From: Lachnospiraceae bacterium
GTDB taxonomy: Bacteria > Bacillota > Clostridia > Lachnospirales > Lachnospiraceae
Reading direction: 5' to 3'
DNA length: 64,000 nucleotides
Assembly (NCBI GenBank): GCA_051879435.1
Contig: JBJEMA010000074.1
Span: 27,800 to 91,799, forward strand
Both the position numbers and the translations under genes were made by a program. This document shows, in pieces, positions 27,512 to 36,121 of this stretch (position 1 is the stretch's first letter; each line of letters begins with the position of its first letter). Below the pieces are notes generated by a model. The model had not been told where the DNA came from, did not search any database, and saw only the letters and a program-made list of their open reading frames with translations.

Positions 27512-28412
27512 TTAACTGATCCGACGGCAGCGGTGACTGCCAGTATTCACTGTAATAGCAATTGATTTTATCAAAATCATCCCAGCGTTTTCCTTTTACG
27601 CCAAATAAAAGTTGAAGAGCGCCACCCATATGAATCGCCTGCTTTCCCGCATCCCGAAGCCGTGCTGCCAGAGGAAGACCATAAGCCCCGCAGGCGATAA
27701 GTGCAATATCAAAAGGTTCTTTCATGGCCTCTTCATACATATAATCCAAGGCATCAAACCAGGTCGGAAAACGGGAATCCTCCTGTCCCATCAAGGTCTG
27801 CACTGCCTTAACGCAGCGCAAATCAAATTCCGGCAACAGATCCGTTCCCGGAAAAAGATGCTCCCGCTTTTCATACTGCGTTAAAATACTGTCCCGGAAA
27901 GGATGAATCACCACCACCCTTTTGCCCTGCAGTGCAGCAGACCAGGGTGCTTCCGGACAATACCATGGTTCCAGCCCGGCCAGAAGACCCAGTTTCATAT
28001 TTTTGTTTCCATAATGGTGAATCAGATAGTCCTCCATCTGATTAAACCAGATTCCCAACAAATCCATGCTTCCCAGCGATTTCTCCATAAGGCGGGAAAA
28101 CCGGTCCAAATCTTCCAAATCCCCATAGAATCCGGAAAGGCAGATCATTAGACTTCGCATGGAATCCTTCTGCTTTGCATCATGCATCTGCGGCTGGCAC
28201 TGCACCATGGCACGAATCTCCGTACCACCGATTCTTCCGGCGGCAAAAGGCTTTCCGGATAAAATCATTTCCTTAAGCGCATCATTGGTCTGTGACACGC
28301 TCAGAATAGGCATTTTATAATATTTCTTTCGATTTATATGCATGCCAAGTTTAACATCCATAAATTTACGGATTTTCCAATATATCCTTTTATAGGTCCA
28401 CTCCAGATTCAT
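27468..28412 (-). CDS. Conserved glycan-locus protein of unknown function (possible atypical glycosyltransferase)
   Basis: GKPFAAGRIGGTE, LEPW, LQGKRVVVIHPF, DIALIACGAYGLPLA, AIHMGGALQLLFGVKGKRWD. Confidence 0.65.
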   Translation of the reverse strand: MNLEWTYKRIYWKIRKFMDVKLGMHINRKKYYKMPILSVSQTNDALKEMILSGKPFAAGRIGGTEIRAMVQCQPQMHDAKQKDSMRSLMICLSGFYGDLEDLDRFSRLMEKSLGSMDLLGIWFNQMEDYLIHHYGNKNMKLGLLAGLEPWYCPEAPWSAALQGKRVVVIHPFRDSILTQYEKREHLFPGTDLLPEFDLRCVKAVQTLMGQEDSRFPTWFDALDYMYEEAMKEPFDIALIACGAYGLPLAARLRDAGKQAIHMGGALQLLFGVKGKRWDDFDKINCYYSEYWQSPLPSDQLNDGNGKNVENGCYW

Positions 28413-29613
28413 GTTCCTCCAGCCCGCAGTTTTTATATAACTGCATTATCCCATCTGTATTATTCTTCTCCGTAAAATGAGCCAGGGCACGCTGCCTGCC
28501 GGCCTGTCCCATTTGGTCTCTCCGCTTTGGATGTTCCATCATATACTTCATCGCCCGGGCAAGTTCCTCTACAGAGTGAAAAAGGCAACCGGTAATGCCG
28601 TCTTCGATGATTTCCGCCGTCCCGCCGCTGTTTCGTCCCAGCACCGGCAATCCATGCAGCATATATTCCACGGTAACAAGACCAAAGCCTTCATACTGCG
28701 AGGCAATGATTCCCACATCCATATCGGACAAAAAGTCCTGTGCATTTGCCAGATATCCCTTCAGATGCACATTGGAAAGCTGATATTTCCGTATCCGCTT
28801 TTCCAATTTCCTTCGGTAATCGGCCTTTCCGTCTCCCACAAAATAAACCTCGAAATTCGTAAAATGCTCTTCCATGCAGATCTTCGCCGCATCCACCACA
28901 TCCAGCTGATGCTTCATGGAAAACAAATAACCAAGGTATATGAATTTTACCGGAGCGTTTGAACCATTAACCGGCTTGTTCTCCGGCGGCTCATTTCCGA
29001 CACAAATATTATCTGCGGCTGTCTCTCCCTCCGGTATTTTATCCTCCGGTTCTCTGAAAGTAACCCCGTCATAAATCCGTATGACATTCGCCCCGGGATA
29101 TTTTTTAAGGTAATTGTCACGGAGCGCATCGGAAATGGCAACCAGGCACTGCGCCGATTCATACAGTTCCCGCACCTGTTTTTTCGGGAAAAAATATCGC
29201 ATATGAAAATGTTCCTCTGAAAACTCCCGAATATGCCAGATATGCTTACAACCAAGCCTTTTGGCCAGCATCGCACCGGTTCCGATTACGCTGGAGTTGG
29301 AATGGATAAAATCAATCCCTTCTCCCTCAAAGCGACGGGTTAAATTATCCAGTTCCTGCCTTATGGCCTTTTTCCGTTTCCATTTTTTTACGGCAAAACG
29401 AAGGGGTGTCACATAAGCTGCCTGCCACTGGGTAACCGGCATAATTACCGTCTCTATACCCAACTCTGCAAGGGAATGACTCATCTCCCCTTCGGAAGGT
29501 ATCACCAGAACCGGCTCAGCACCATAATCCTGTTTCAAACCCTTCATCAATTGAAACAGGGCACGATTGGCACCGTACATATTATCATAATGTGTAAGAA
29601 ACAGGATTTTCAT
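28390..29613 (-). CDS. Glycosyltransferase family 4
   Basis: YGANRAL, IHSNSS, HIWHIREF, KHQLDVV, YEGFGLVTVEYMLHGLPVLG..SGGTAEII. Confidence 0.92.
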   Translation of the reverse strand: MKILFLTHYDNMYGANRALFQLMKGLKQDYGAEPVLVIPSEGEMSHSLAELGIETVIMPVTQWQAAYVTPLRFAVKKWKRKKAIRQELDNLTRRFEGEGIDFIHSNSSVIGTGAMLAKRLGCKHIWHIREFSEEHFHMRYFFPKKQVRELYESAQCLVAISDALRDNYLKKYPGANVIRIYDGVTFREPEDKIPEGETAADNICVGNEPPENKPVNGSNAPVKFIYLGYLFSMKHQLDVVDAAKICMEEHFTNFEVYFVGDGKADYRRKLEKRIRKYQLSNVHLKGYLANAQDFLSDMDVGIIASQYEGFGLVTVEYMLHGLPVLGRNSGGTAEIIEDGITGCLFHSVEELARAMKYMMEHPKRRDQMGQAGRQRALAHFTEKNNTDGIMQLYKNCGLEEHESGVDL

Positions 29614-29615
29614 TC

Positions 29616-31388
29616 TTATGACCCAAGGACTTCCTTTTTGTCTTTTAATACGGCTACACCATCTGCAATCTCATAGATGGCATCACAATTCTGAATGGTT
29701 GTGAGACGATGGGCAACAATAATCATTGTCTTGGTTCCATGGAGAGAATCAATGGCTTCCATTACGGCTGTTTCCGTTTCATTGTCCAGGGCGGAAGTTG
29801 CCTCATCCAGCACCAGGATTTCCGGATTTTCATAAAGAGCCCGGGCGATTGCGATACGCTGCCGCTGCCCACCGGAAAGGCGAACGCCACGCTCACCCAC
29901 CATTGTATCAAGTCCGTCATCCAGACCTTTGATAAAATCTGCCAGTTGGGCCTCTTCCAACGCTTTCCAGATGCGTTCCTCATCAATTTTATCTTCAAAA
30001 ATTCCAAATGCCACATTGTTTCGGATGGTATCGTCTGTTAAATAGACGGCCTGCGGTACATAACCGATAATTTTTGACCATGCCGGAAGATTTTCATAGA
30101 CATCCTGACCATCCAGAATAATCTGTCCCTTCTGCGGTTTCAAAAGGCCGAGAATAACATCAGCCAGTGTGGTCTTTCCTGCACCGGATGGTCCGATGAG
30201 TGCCACCGACTGTCCCTTTTGAATGGTCAGTGACAAATTTTTCAGCACCGGCTCATGTCCCAGCGGATATTTCCATGTGATTTCGTTCACCTTTAACTGC
30301 GCTTCAAACACAAGCGGTTCAATCTTGTCGCGGTCCAGATTTTTCAATTTAAATGTTTCTTCATTTTCAATGGATTTCAGCATATCGTAAGTAAAATCCA
30401 GACGCGGACGATTGTAAATGATGGCGTTCAGGTTCGTCGTCAATCGGCTCACCGACGGGAACAGACGAAATGCCGCCACAGCAATGATTGCCAGCGTGGT
30501 AACAAAACCTGCAATATCGTCCGTCATGTGGAGGCGGATAATCACTACGCCAATCAGCCCACCGATACATACCACTTCATAAATATTTTGCGGTATTACA
30601 TTAAAGAAATTATTCCTTCGTGCTGCCCGGGCATTCTGGGCACAGGAATCATTAAAATGTTTGGCAAAATATTCCTGCCGGTCCATCACCATAATTTCCT
30701 TAATTCCGTTAAATGCCTGACTCAGATATTGGAGATTTTTCCCTTCGCATTCCTGACCAATCCGTCCTAATTTTTTCACCAGATTTTTGAGACCATAGAA
30801 AATAATCAGCATGCAGGTACCCAATATTCCGATCAGGGAAAGTGCAAGCATCGGATCGAGTGTAATAATATAGATACCGATAGCAGCAATGGTAAAGACC
30901 TCTGCCAGCACACGGAACATATAGAAGAAAACAGCAAATACGCCAACGACATCCTGCGTAATGCTTCGGATTAAAATGGAAGAATTTACTCCCAAATGAA
31001 ACAGATAGGAACTGTGCAAAAATGTATCTGCCATTTTAATGGATAAATCCCGTTGTACACTGGTGGAATACCAGGCCTGTACATACTGTGAAAACATCAG
31101 GTATGCATTTTTCAAAATATAGACAAGAATGATGGCAATTCCAAGATAGGTCATCACCTGAAGTTCCGTTTCCGGATGTACCAGACGAACCAGCAGATCA
31201 TAATACCATTTTCCCTGCAGATCATCCGGCGTCATAATGGCTTCCACAAACGGAAGAATCGCTGTTACACCGAGGAGTTCCCAGGCCGAACCGATAAGGG
31301 CAACCAGAGTAACCAGAAAATATTGCTGTTTCTGCTTCCGGTCCAGAATATAATTTAGCTTCATTATGATGTCTTTGAATGCTTTCAT
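29616..31388 (-). CDS. PglK/WlaB-like ABC transporter, probable lipid-linked oligosaccharide flippase 2
   Basis: TMD, FRLFPS, Walker A GPSGAGKTT, LSGGQRQRIAIARALY, VLDEATSALD, AHRLTTI. Confidence 0.85.
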   Translation of the reverse strand: MKAFKDIIMKLNYILDRKQKQQYFLVTLVALIGSAWELLGVTAILPFVEAIMTPDDLQGKWYYDLLVRLVHPETELQVMTYLGIAIILVYILKNAYLMFSQYVQAWYSTSVQRDLSIKMADTFLHSSYLFHLGVNSSILIRSITQDVVGVFAVFFYMFRVLAEVFTIAAIGIYIITLDPMLALSLIGILGTCMLIIFYGLKNLVKKLGRIGQECEGKNLQYLSQAFNGIKEIMVMDRQEYFAKHFNDSCAQNARAARRNNFFNVIPQNIYEVVCIGGLIGVVIIRLHMTDDIAGFVTTLAIIAVAAFRLFPSVSRLTTNLNAIIYNRPRLDFTYDMLKSIENEETFKLKNLDRDKIEPLVFEAQLKVNEITWKYPLGHEPVLKNLSLTIQKGQSVALIGPSGAGKTTLADVILGLLKPQKGQIILDGQDVYENLPAWSKIIGYVPQAVYLTDDTIRNNVAFGIFEDKIDEERIWKALEEAQLADFIKGLDDGLDTMVGERGVRLSGGQRQRIAIARALYENPEILVLDEATSALDNETETAVMEAIDSLHGTKTMIIVAHRLTTIQNCDAIYEIADGVAVLKDKKEVLGS

Positions 31389-31394
31389 GTCTCT

Positions 31395-32759
31395 CTAATC
31401 CTCTTTATTTCGTATGACGCAGTAACCCATAATCAGCAGGGCCATATAAAAAAGCGCCATATTATAAATCATATAACGGGTTTGGCAAAATATCAGCGCT
31501 GCCGTCACTCCCACATTTACCACAATGCAGATAAGTACCGTCAGTCCCATCCATGCCACATCTCTGGTATCTCTCCGATGAAAACAAATGGCAAGAAGCA
31601 CCAGATAAATCAGATAAGCCACCAGGGCATAAGCATCAAATAAGGTTCCTTTTTTGGCAACGGTGTTCACAAACCCATTTCCCATAGACGCAAAGTAAAC
31701 TTTTGCGTAAGTGGCAAAGTTATCTTTTAACAGCGACCGGACAATTACCTTGCTCATACGGTCTGCCTCCTGCTCTGCCTCCATTCCCTCAGCAAATCCA
31801 AGACTCTTGGCATACTCCGGGAATAAATCCTGAGTAGTTTCTATGGTAATCATGTCATAATGGGCGCCGTAGTGGGATTCCAGATTTCTCCAGCCCTCCT
31901 GGGCATATTTGTAATTGCATTCCTTCGCATCCAAGAGGTCATAAACTTGCAGGAACAATGCCCGCACATTTTCCTCTTCAATGAGATCCGCATCCTCCCG
32001 GTCTGCCACATAAAGGGAAGTGGTTAATACCAGATTCATGTCCCGGGTATTTTGAGCAAATTCTCCCCGAAGAGAATAATTATACAAACGGTTTCCTCCC
32101 AGCGCAATTAGTACACTGACGCAAATGAGTCCCAGGGAAATCCCCATCTTTTTCCAATAGTTTTCCTCTCCGATACGGGAAAGAAGTAAGACTGCAAACA
32201 GAACCAGATAGGCAATAGCCATCTGCTTTCGCGTATCCATCATTACTGCTGCAAGAATAAGGGCAATCAATTCGTATCGCAGGTTCTTCGTTTCCAGCAG
32301 ATAAAGCACTGCCAAAACAAAAAACAGCCAGAGACTCATGGTAATTCCTTCCGTCAATATGCTGTTGGTGTAAATGGAAGATCGGCCCGCGGCAAATTGG
32401 CAAAGACATGCCACCCCAAAATGAATTCCCAGAAGCACATAAACAAGCGTATTCGGAAGGTGGTATCTCCGCTTCATAAACACCACCAGAAGCCATACCG
32501 CCAAAGCCATCTGTATATTCTGGAACAGAATGACGATTTTCAGGTAATTTTCTTCGCCGAACAGTTTCCGAAAAAACGCAAGAAACAACGGATATACCGG
32601 CTCTCTCGCAGAGATCATGGCAATGTATCCTTCCGAATCGGCAGCCAGATAAACTCCGAAAACAAAACAAAAACTCAAATAAAACAGGATACATACAATC
32701 AGCAGAATCCATGTATTATAATCAATTTGAATGTTACTATTTTTCTTCCTTCTTGCCAT
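31395..32759 (-). CDS. Polytopic membrane protein, probable GT-C
   Basis: AADSEGY after TM1, REPVYPLFL, ILTEGITM, large external loop, C-terminal QTRY; next to a DPM-like GT2. Confidence 0.65.
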   Translation of the reverse strand: MARRKKNSNIQIDYNTWILLIVCILFYLSFCFVFGVYLAADSEGYIAMISAREPVYPLFLAFFRKLFGEENYLKIVILFQNIQMALAVWLLVVFMKRRYHLPNTLVYVLLGIHFGVACLCQFAAGRSSIYTNSILTEGITMSLWLFFVLAVLYLLETKNLRYELIALILAAVMMDTRKQMAIAYLVLFAVLLLSRIGEENYWKKMGISLGLICVSVLIALGGNRLYNYSLRGEFAQNTRDMNLVLTTSLYVADREDADLIEEENVRALFLQVYDLLDAKECNYKYAQEGWRNLESHYGAHYDMITIETTQDLFPEYAKSLGFAEGMEAEQEADRMSKVIVRSLLKDNFATYAKVYFASMGNGFVNTVAKKGTLFDAYALVAYLIYLVLLAICFHRRDTRDVAWMGLTVLICIVVNVGVTAALIFCQTRYMIYNMALFYMALLIMGYCVIRNKED

Positions 32760-32764
32760 TTTCC

Positions 32765-33745
32765 TTATCTTTCTTTTTTCCCGCTATTATACCAGTCTTC
32801 CTTCTCCAGCCGTTCTCTTTTTGCAATGCTGATATCGTTGCGATGAATCTCAAAATCCCTTCGATTCTTTGTCACCATATCCGATAAAATCATCCCGGCG
32901 AAAAACGCCTGAACGGCAGCCAGTTCAATAAATCCGCAGACAATCAGGGTTGGCATATTTTCCACCAGTCCGCTGTTTAAGAATCTTGCAAATACCCAGA
33001 TAAACATCGCTGCGGCAACTACTGTCATAATCGCTGCCAGAAGAGAGAAAAAGGCGAGGGGCTTATAATTCTTATATAACTTGATGATAACACCAAGCAC
33101 CTTCATTCCATCCGAATAAGTATTCAATTTGGATTCGCTTCCCTCCGGCCGATCCCGATAATCCACAATGACATTCGCAATGGACATCTGATTAAATACG
33201 GCATGTATGGTCATTTCTGTTTCAATCTCAAAGCCACGGCTCAGCACCGGATAACTTTTCACGAATTCATAACTCATAGCACGGTATCCCGTCATAATAT
33301 CCTTGATGTCGCACTGAAACAATCGATTAATGCTGCTGCGAACCACAGAATTGCCCATGTTATGAAACGGGCGCTTATTTTCCTTGAAATAGGTGGAAGA
33401 AAGCCGGTCCCCCACAACCATGTCCACATTTTTCTCCAGAACAAGGGCGGTCATTTCCCGGGCGTATTCCATGGGATAAGTATCGTCTCCATCCACCATG
33501 ACATAACACAGCGCGTCAATCTCCCGGAACATACGGCGAATTACATTGCCCTTTCCCTGCTGGTATTCATAACGGACAACTGCGCCTGCGGCAGCTGCAA
33601 TCTCTGCCGTCTTGTCCGTTGAATTGTTGTCATATACATAAACAACTGCCTCCGGCAGAGCAGCATAAGCGTCACGCACAACCTTTTCAATCGTTTTTTC
33701 TTCGTTGTAACACGGAATCAAAACTGCTATTTTATCCATTCTCAT
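32765..33745 (-). CDS. DPM1/GtrB-like polyprenol-phosphate glycosyltransferase (GT2)
   Basis: IAVLIPCYNEEKTI, YDNNSTD, QGKGNV, VDGDDTY, DIMTGYR, GFEIETEM, YRDRPEGSESKLNT; two C-terminal TMs. Confidence 0.88.
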   Translation of the reverse strand: MRMDKIAVLIPCYNEEKTIEKVVRDAYAALPEAVVYVYDNNSTDKTAEIAAAAGAVVRYEYQQGKGNVIRRMFREIDALCYVMVDGDDTYPMEYAREMTALVLEKNVDMVVGDRLSSTYFKENKRPFHNMGNSVVRSSINRLFQCDIKDIMTGYRAMSYEFVKSYPVLSRGFEIETEMTIHAVFNQMSIANVIVDYRDRPEGSESKLNTYSDGMKVLGVIIKLYKNYKPLAFFSLLAAIMTVVAAAMFIWVFARFLNSGLVENMPTLIVCGFIELAAVQAFFAGMILSDMVTKNRRDFEIHRNDISIAKRERLEKEDWYNSGKKER

Positions 33746-33797
33746 GCCTTTCCCAAAAAGTTCTCATGCTTTTCTGCAACATTCTCATGCTTTTCCC
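33739..33797. repeat. Triplicated stop/start junction (GAAAAGCATGAGAA x3 on the minus strand)
   Basis: ttctcatgc(c/t)ttt at 33739, 33761 and 33782. Confidence 0.8.
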
Positions 33798-34186
33798 ACA
33801 AAACGGAGAAATTCGTCGTAATCCCGAATATAATCCGTTTCATCGTAATATTTTGAAGCAAACACCATTAATACGGCACCTTCGGAAAATTCTGACATTT
33901 CCCGCCACATATTATTGGCCACATACAGGCCTTCATAAGGATTGTCCAGAATCACCGTCTCTTTTTCCGTTCCGTCATCCAACAATATTTTCACGGAACC
34001 ATGGACGCAGACCAGAAGCTGCTCTAACGATTTATGGGCATGCATTCCCCGGGTAATACCGGTCTTTGTATCAAACATGTAGTACACCCGCTTGATTTCA
34101 AACGGAACATCGATTTTTTCTTCCAGAGCAACCAGATGACCTCTGTCATCTCCATGTTGTTGTAAAGGGTATTTCTTGATTTCCAT
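33785..34186 (-). CDS. fdtA: FdtA/QdtA-like cupin, dTDP-4-keto-6-deoxyglucose 3,4-ketoisomerase
   Basis: DDRGHLVALE, PFEIKRVYY, RGMHAHK, WREM, VFAS..YDETDYIRDYDEF. Confidence 0.88.
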   Translation of the reverse strand: MEIKKYPLQQHGDDRGHLVALEEKIDVPFEIKRVYYMFDTKTGITRGMHAHKSLEQLLVCVHGSVKILLDDGTEKETVILDNPYEGLYVANNMWREMSEFSEGAVLMVFASKYYDETDYIRDYDEFLRFVGKA

Positions 34187-34188
34187 AA

Positions 34189-35016
34189 TTAACTCTCTCT
34201 ACTTCCCTCGTATTCCTTATGCCATGCCTCCAGGGCACGCATGGTTTTTGCAGAAAATATATTTCTATAGTTGTCTTTGCTTTGATAGAGTTTCTCCCGC
34301 ATCCGTGTAATATCACTGTAAATGCTTGGGTGCACCTTTCCCGTAGAAACGCCGCCAATGGTATGACGGATTGCCGGCTTTCCATACCAGCCAAAGTCCA
34401 CGCCTTCCAGCAGGAGCATCAGATAATAAGGGTAATCCTCCACCAGATGATATTCTTCGTCATAAACTCCATATTCCTCATAAAGGGATTTTCTGGCAAA
34501 TGTGCAACTGCCGCTAAGCAGATTCTTTTTTTGAATCATGTAATTGATTAACAAATGGGGACAATGTTGTAACATCCGGCCCAGAACCGGTACCGGACGG
34601 ATTTTTGTATGCCCGTCCGCATATTCGTCCATGCGTCTTGCCGTAATTATTTTACATTCCGGGTTTGCAAATTGCTCCACCAATTGCGAAATAGTAGTCT
34701 CTTCATAAAAGGTGTCACCGCTGCAACAATTAAAAAGCAGTTCCCCCTCTGCCATGGCAATTACCCGATTCAGATGCTTTACCGTTCCGACATTTTTCTC
34801 ATTTACATTGACCCGAACCTTTTTATATTTTGTCCTTAGTTTACGGGCATAATTTTCCAAAATACCTGTGTCATAATTGGAGGAACCGTCATCGCTTATA
34901 ATGACCTCTGCATTTTCATAGGTCTGATGCAGAACGGATTGAATCGTACTGCATAGACCATCTGCATTGTTATAAACCAATACGAAAATTGTTACAAATG
35001 GGTGATACGCACTCAT
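34189..35016 (-). CDS. Glycosyltransferase family 2
   Basis: FVLVYNN, SDDGSS, NVGTVKHLN, CSGD, LVEDYPY. Confidence 0.85.
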   Translation of the reverse strand: MSAYHPFVTIFVLVYNNADGLCSTIQSVLHQTYENAEVIISDDGSSNYDTGILENYARKLRTKYKKVRVNVNEKNVGTVKHLNRVIAMAEGELLFNCCSGDTFYEETTISQLVEQFANPECKIITARRMDEYADGHTKIRPVPVLGRMLQHCPHLLINYMIQKKNLLSGSCTFARKSLYEEYGVYDEEYHLVEDYPYYLMLLLEGVDFGWYGKPAIRHTIGGVSTGKVHPSIYSDITRMREKLYQSKDNYRNIFSAKTMRALEAWHKEYEGSRES

Positions 35017-36056
35017 TCCTGCTTTGCCTCCGCATCTTTTGATGAGTCATCCGTTTTGGAATTCTCGGAAGATGAAATAGCATTCGATGCCGCCTCCGTC
35101 CATACCTCTGCATCCGTATGGTCATATGTCAGTTTCCGGACATGATATTGTACATCCTCCATAATTTTACGATTTGCTGACATGACATCCGCCAGAAGAC
35201 CGATGATAAAAGTCATAAAACCGATAATCATCAGGGTACAGGCTAAAATCAAAGACTGGATATGTCCGGCAGTCCTTCCGCTAAAATAATACACCAAAAA
35301 TCGGATTCCGATTCCAAGCCCCACCAGAAACGGTATGGAACCGAGAATCGTCAGGCACATCAGGGAGCGATACATAAGAAGAGCCCGCAAAATGGTAAGC
35401 ATGGATTTTTTAATATAGGAACCCATGCTATGAAACAGACGGGATTTCCTTAGTTCCGGATTGGTATGAATCGGAACAGAGGTAATGGCCATTTTATTTC
35501 TTCCGGCCTGCACGATGGTTTCCAGTGTATAGGTATATTCATTGATAACATTTAAATGCATGGCTGCTTCCCGGGAAAATGCGCGAAACCCGGAAGGAGC
35601 ATCCGGAATTGTAGTACGGGATGCTTTCCGGACAACCCAGCTTCCGAAATGCTGCAATTTCTTTTTCAGCCAGGAGAAATGTTCCGTCTGGTCAATCGGC
35701 CGTTCTCCCACAACGATGTCCGCCTTTCCTTCCAGAATCGGCCGAATCAATGTCTCAATATCATCGCCGCAATACTGGTTATCCGCATCGGTATTGACAA
35801 TGATATCGGCACCGTAAGACAGACAGGCTTCAATGCCGGCCATAAAGCCTTTCGCCAGCCCTTTGTTTCTGGTAAAACTGACCACATGGTGAACGCCCCA
35901 GTTCATGGCAACCTCCACCGTTTTGTCCGAACTTCCATCATTAATAATCAGATATTCAATCTCGTCTACTCCATCAATGTGCTTTGGCAAATCATTCAAA
36001 GCAATCTCCAGCGTTTCTTCTTCGTTATAACATGGAATCTGAATGATTAATTTCAT
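35013..36056 (-). CDS. DPM1-like polyprenol-phosphate glycosyltransferase (GT2)
   Basis: MKLIIQIPCYNEE, INDGSSD, NKGLAKGF, NTDADNQY, DAPSGFRAF, YTYTLET; two C-terminal TMs. Start moved from 36107 to ATG 36056. Confidence 0.88.
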   Translation of the reverse strand: MKLIIQIPCYNEEETLEIALNDLPKHIDGVDEIEYLIINDGSSDKTVEVAMNWGVHHVVSFTRNKGLAKGFMAGIEACLSYGADIIVNTDADNQYCGDDIETLIRPILEGKADIVVGERPIDQTEHFSWLKKKLQHFGSWVVRKASRTTIPDAPSGFRAFSREAAMHLNVINEYTYTLETIVQAGRNKMAITSVPIHTNPELRKSRLFHSMGSYIKKSMLTILRALLMYRSLMCLTILGSIPFLVGLGIGIRFLVYYFSGRTAGHIQSLILACTLMIIGFMTFIIGLLADVMSANRKIMEDVQYHVRKLTYDHTDAEVWTEAASNAISSSENSKTDDSSKDAEAKQE

Positions 36057-36095
36057 AATTTCCTTCTTTCCCCCTGCACTTTCCTGTACATGGTT

Positions 36096-36120
36096 TTTCG
36101 GCCGCAATCTTTCGGCCGCA
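36096..36120. repeat. Short direct repeat TTTCGGCCGCA x2
   Basis: Copies at 36096-36106 and 36110-36120, immediately after the stop of the 685-aa membrane protein. Confidence 0.6.
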
Positions 36121-36121
36121 T

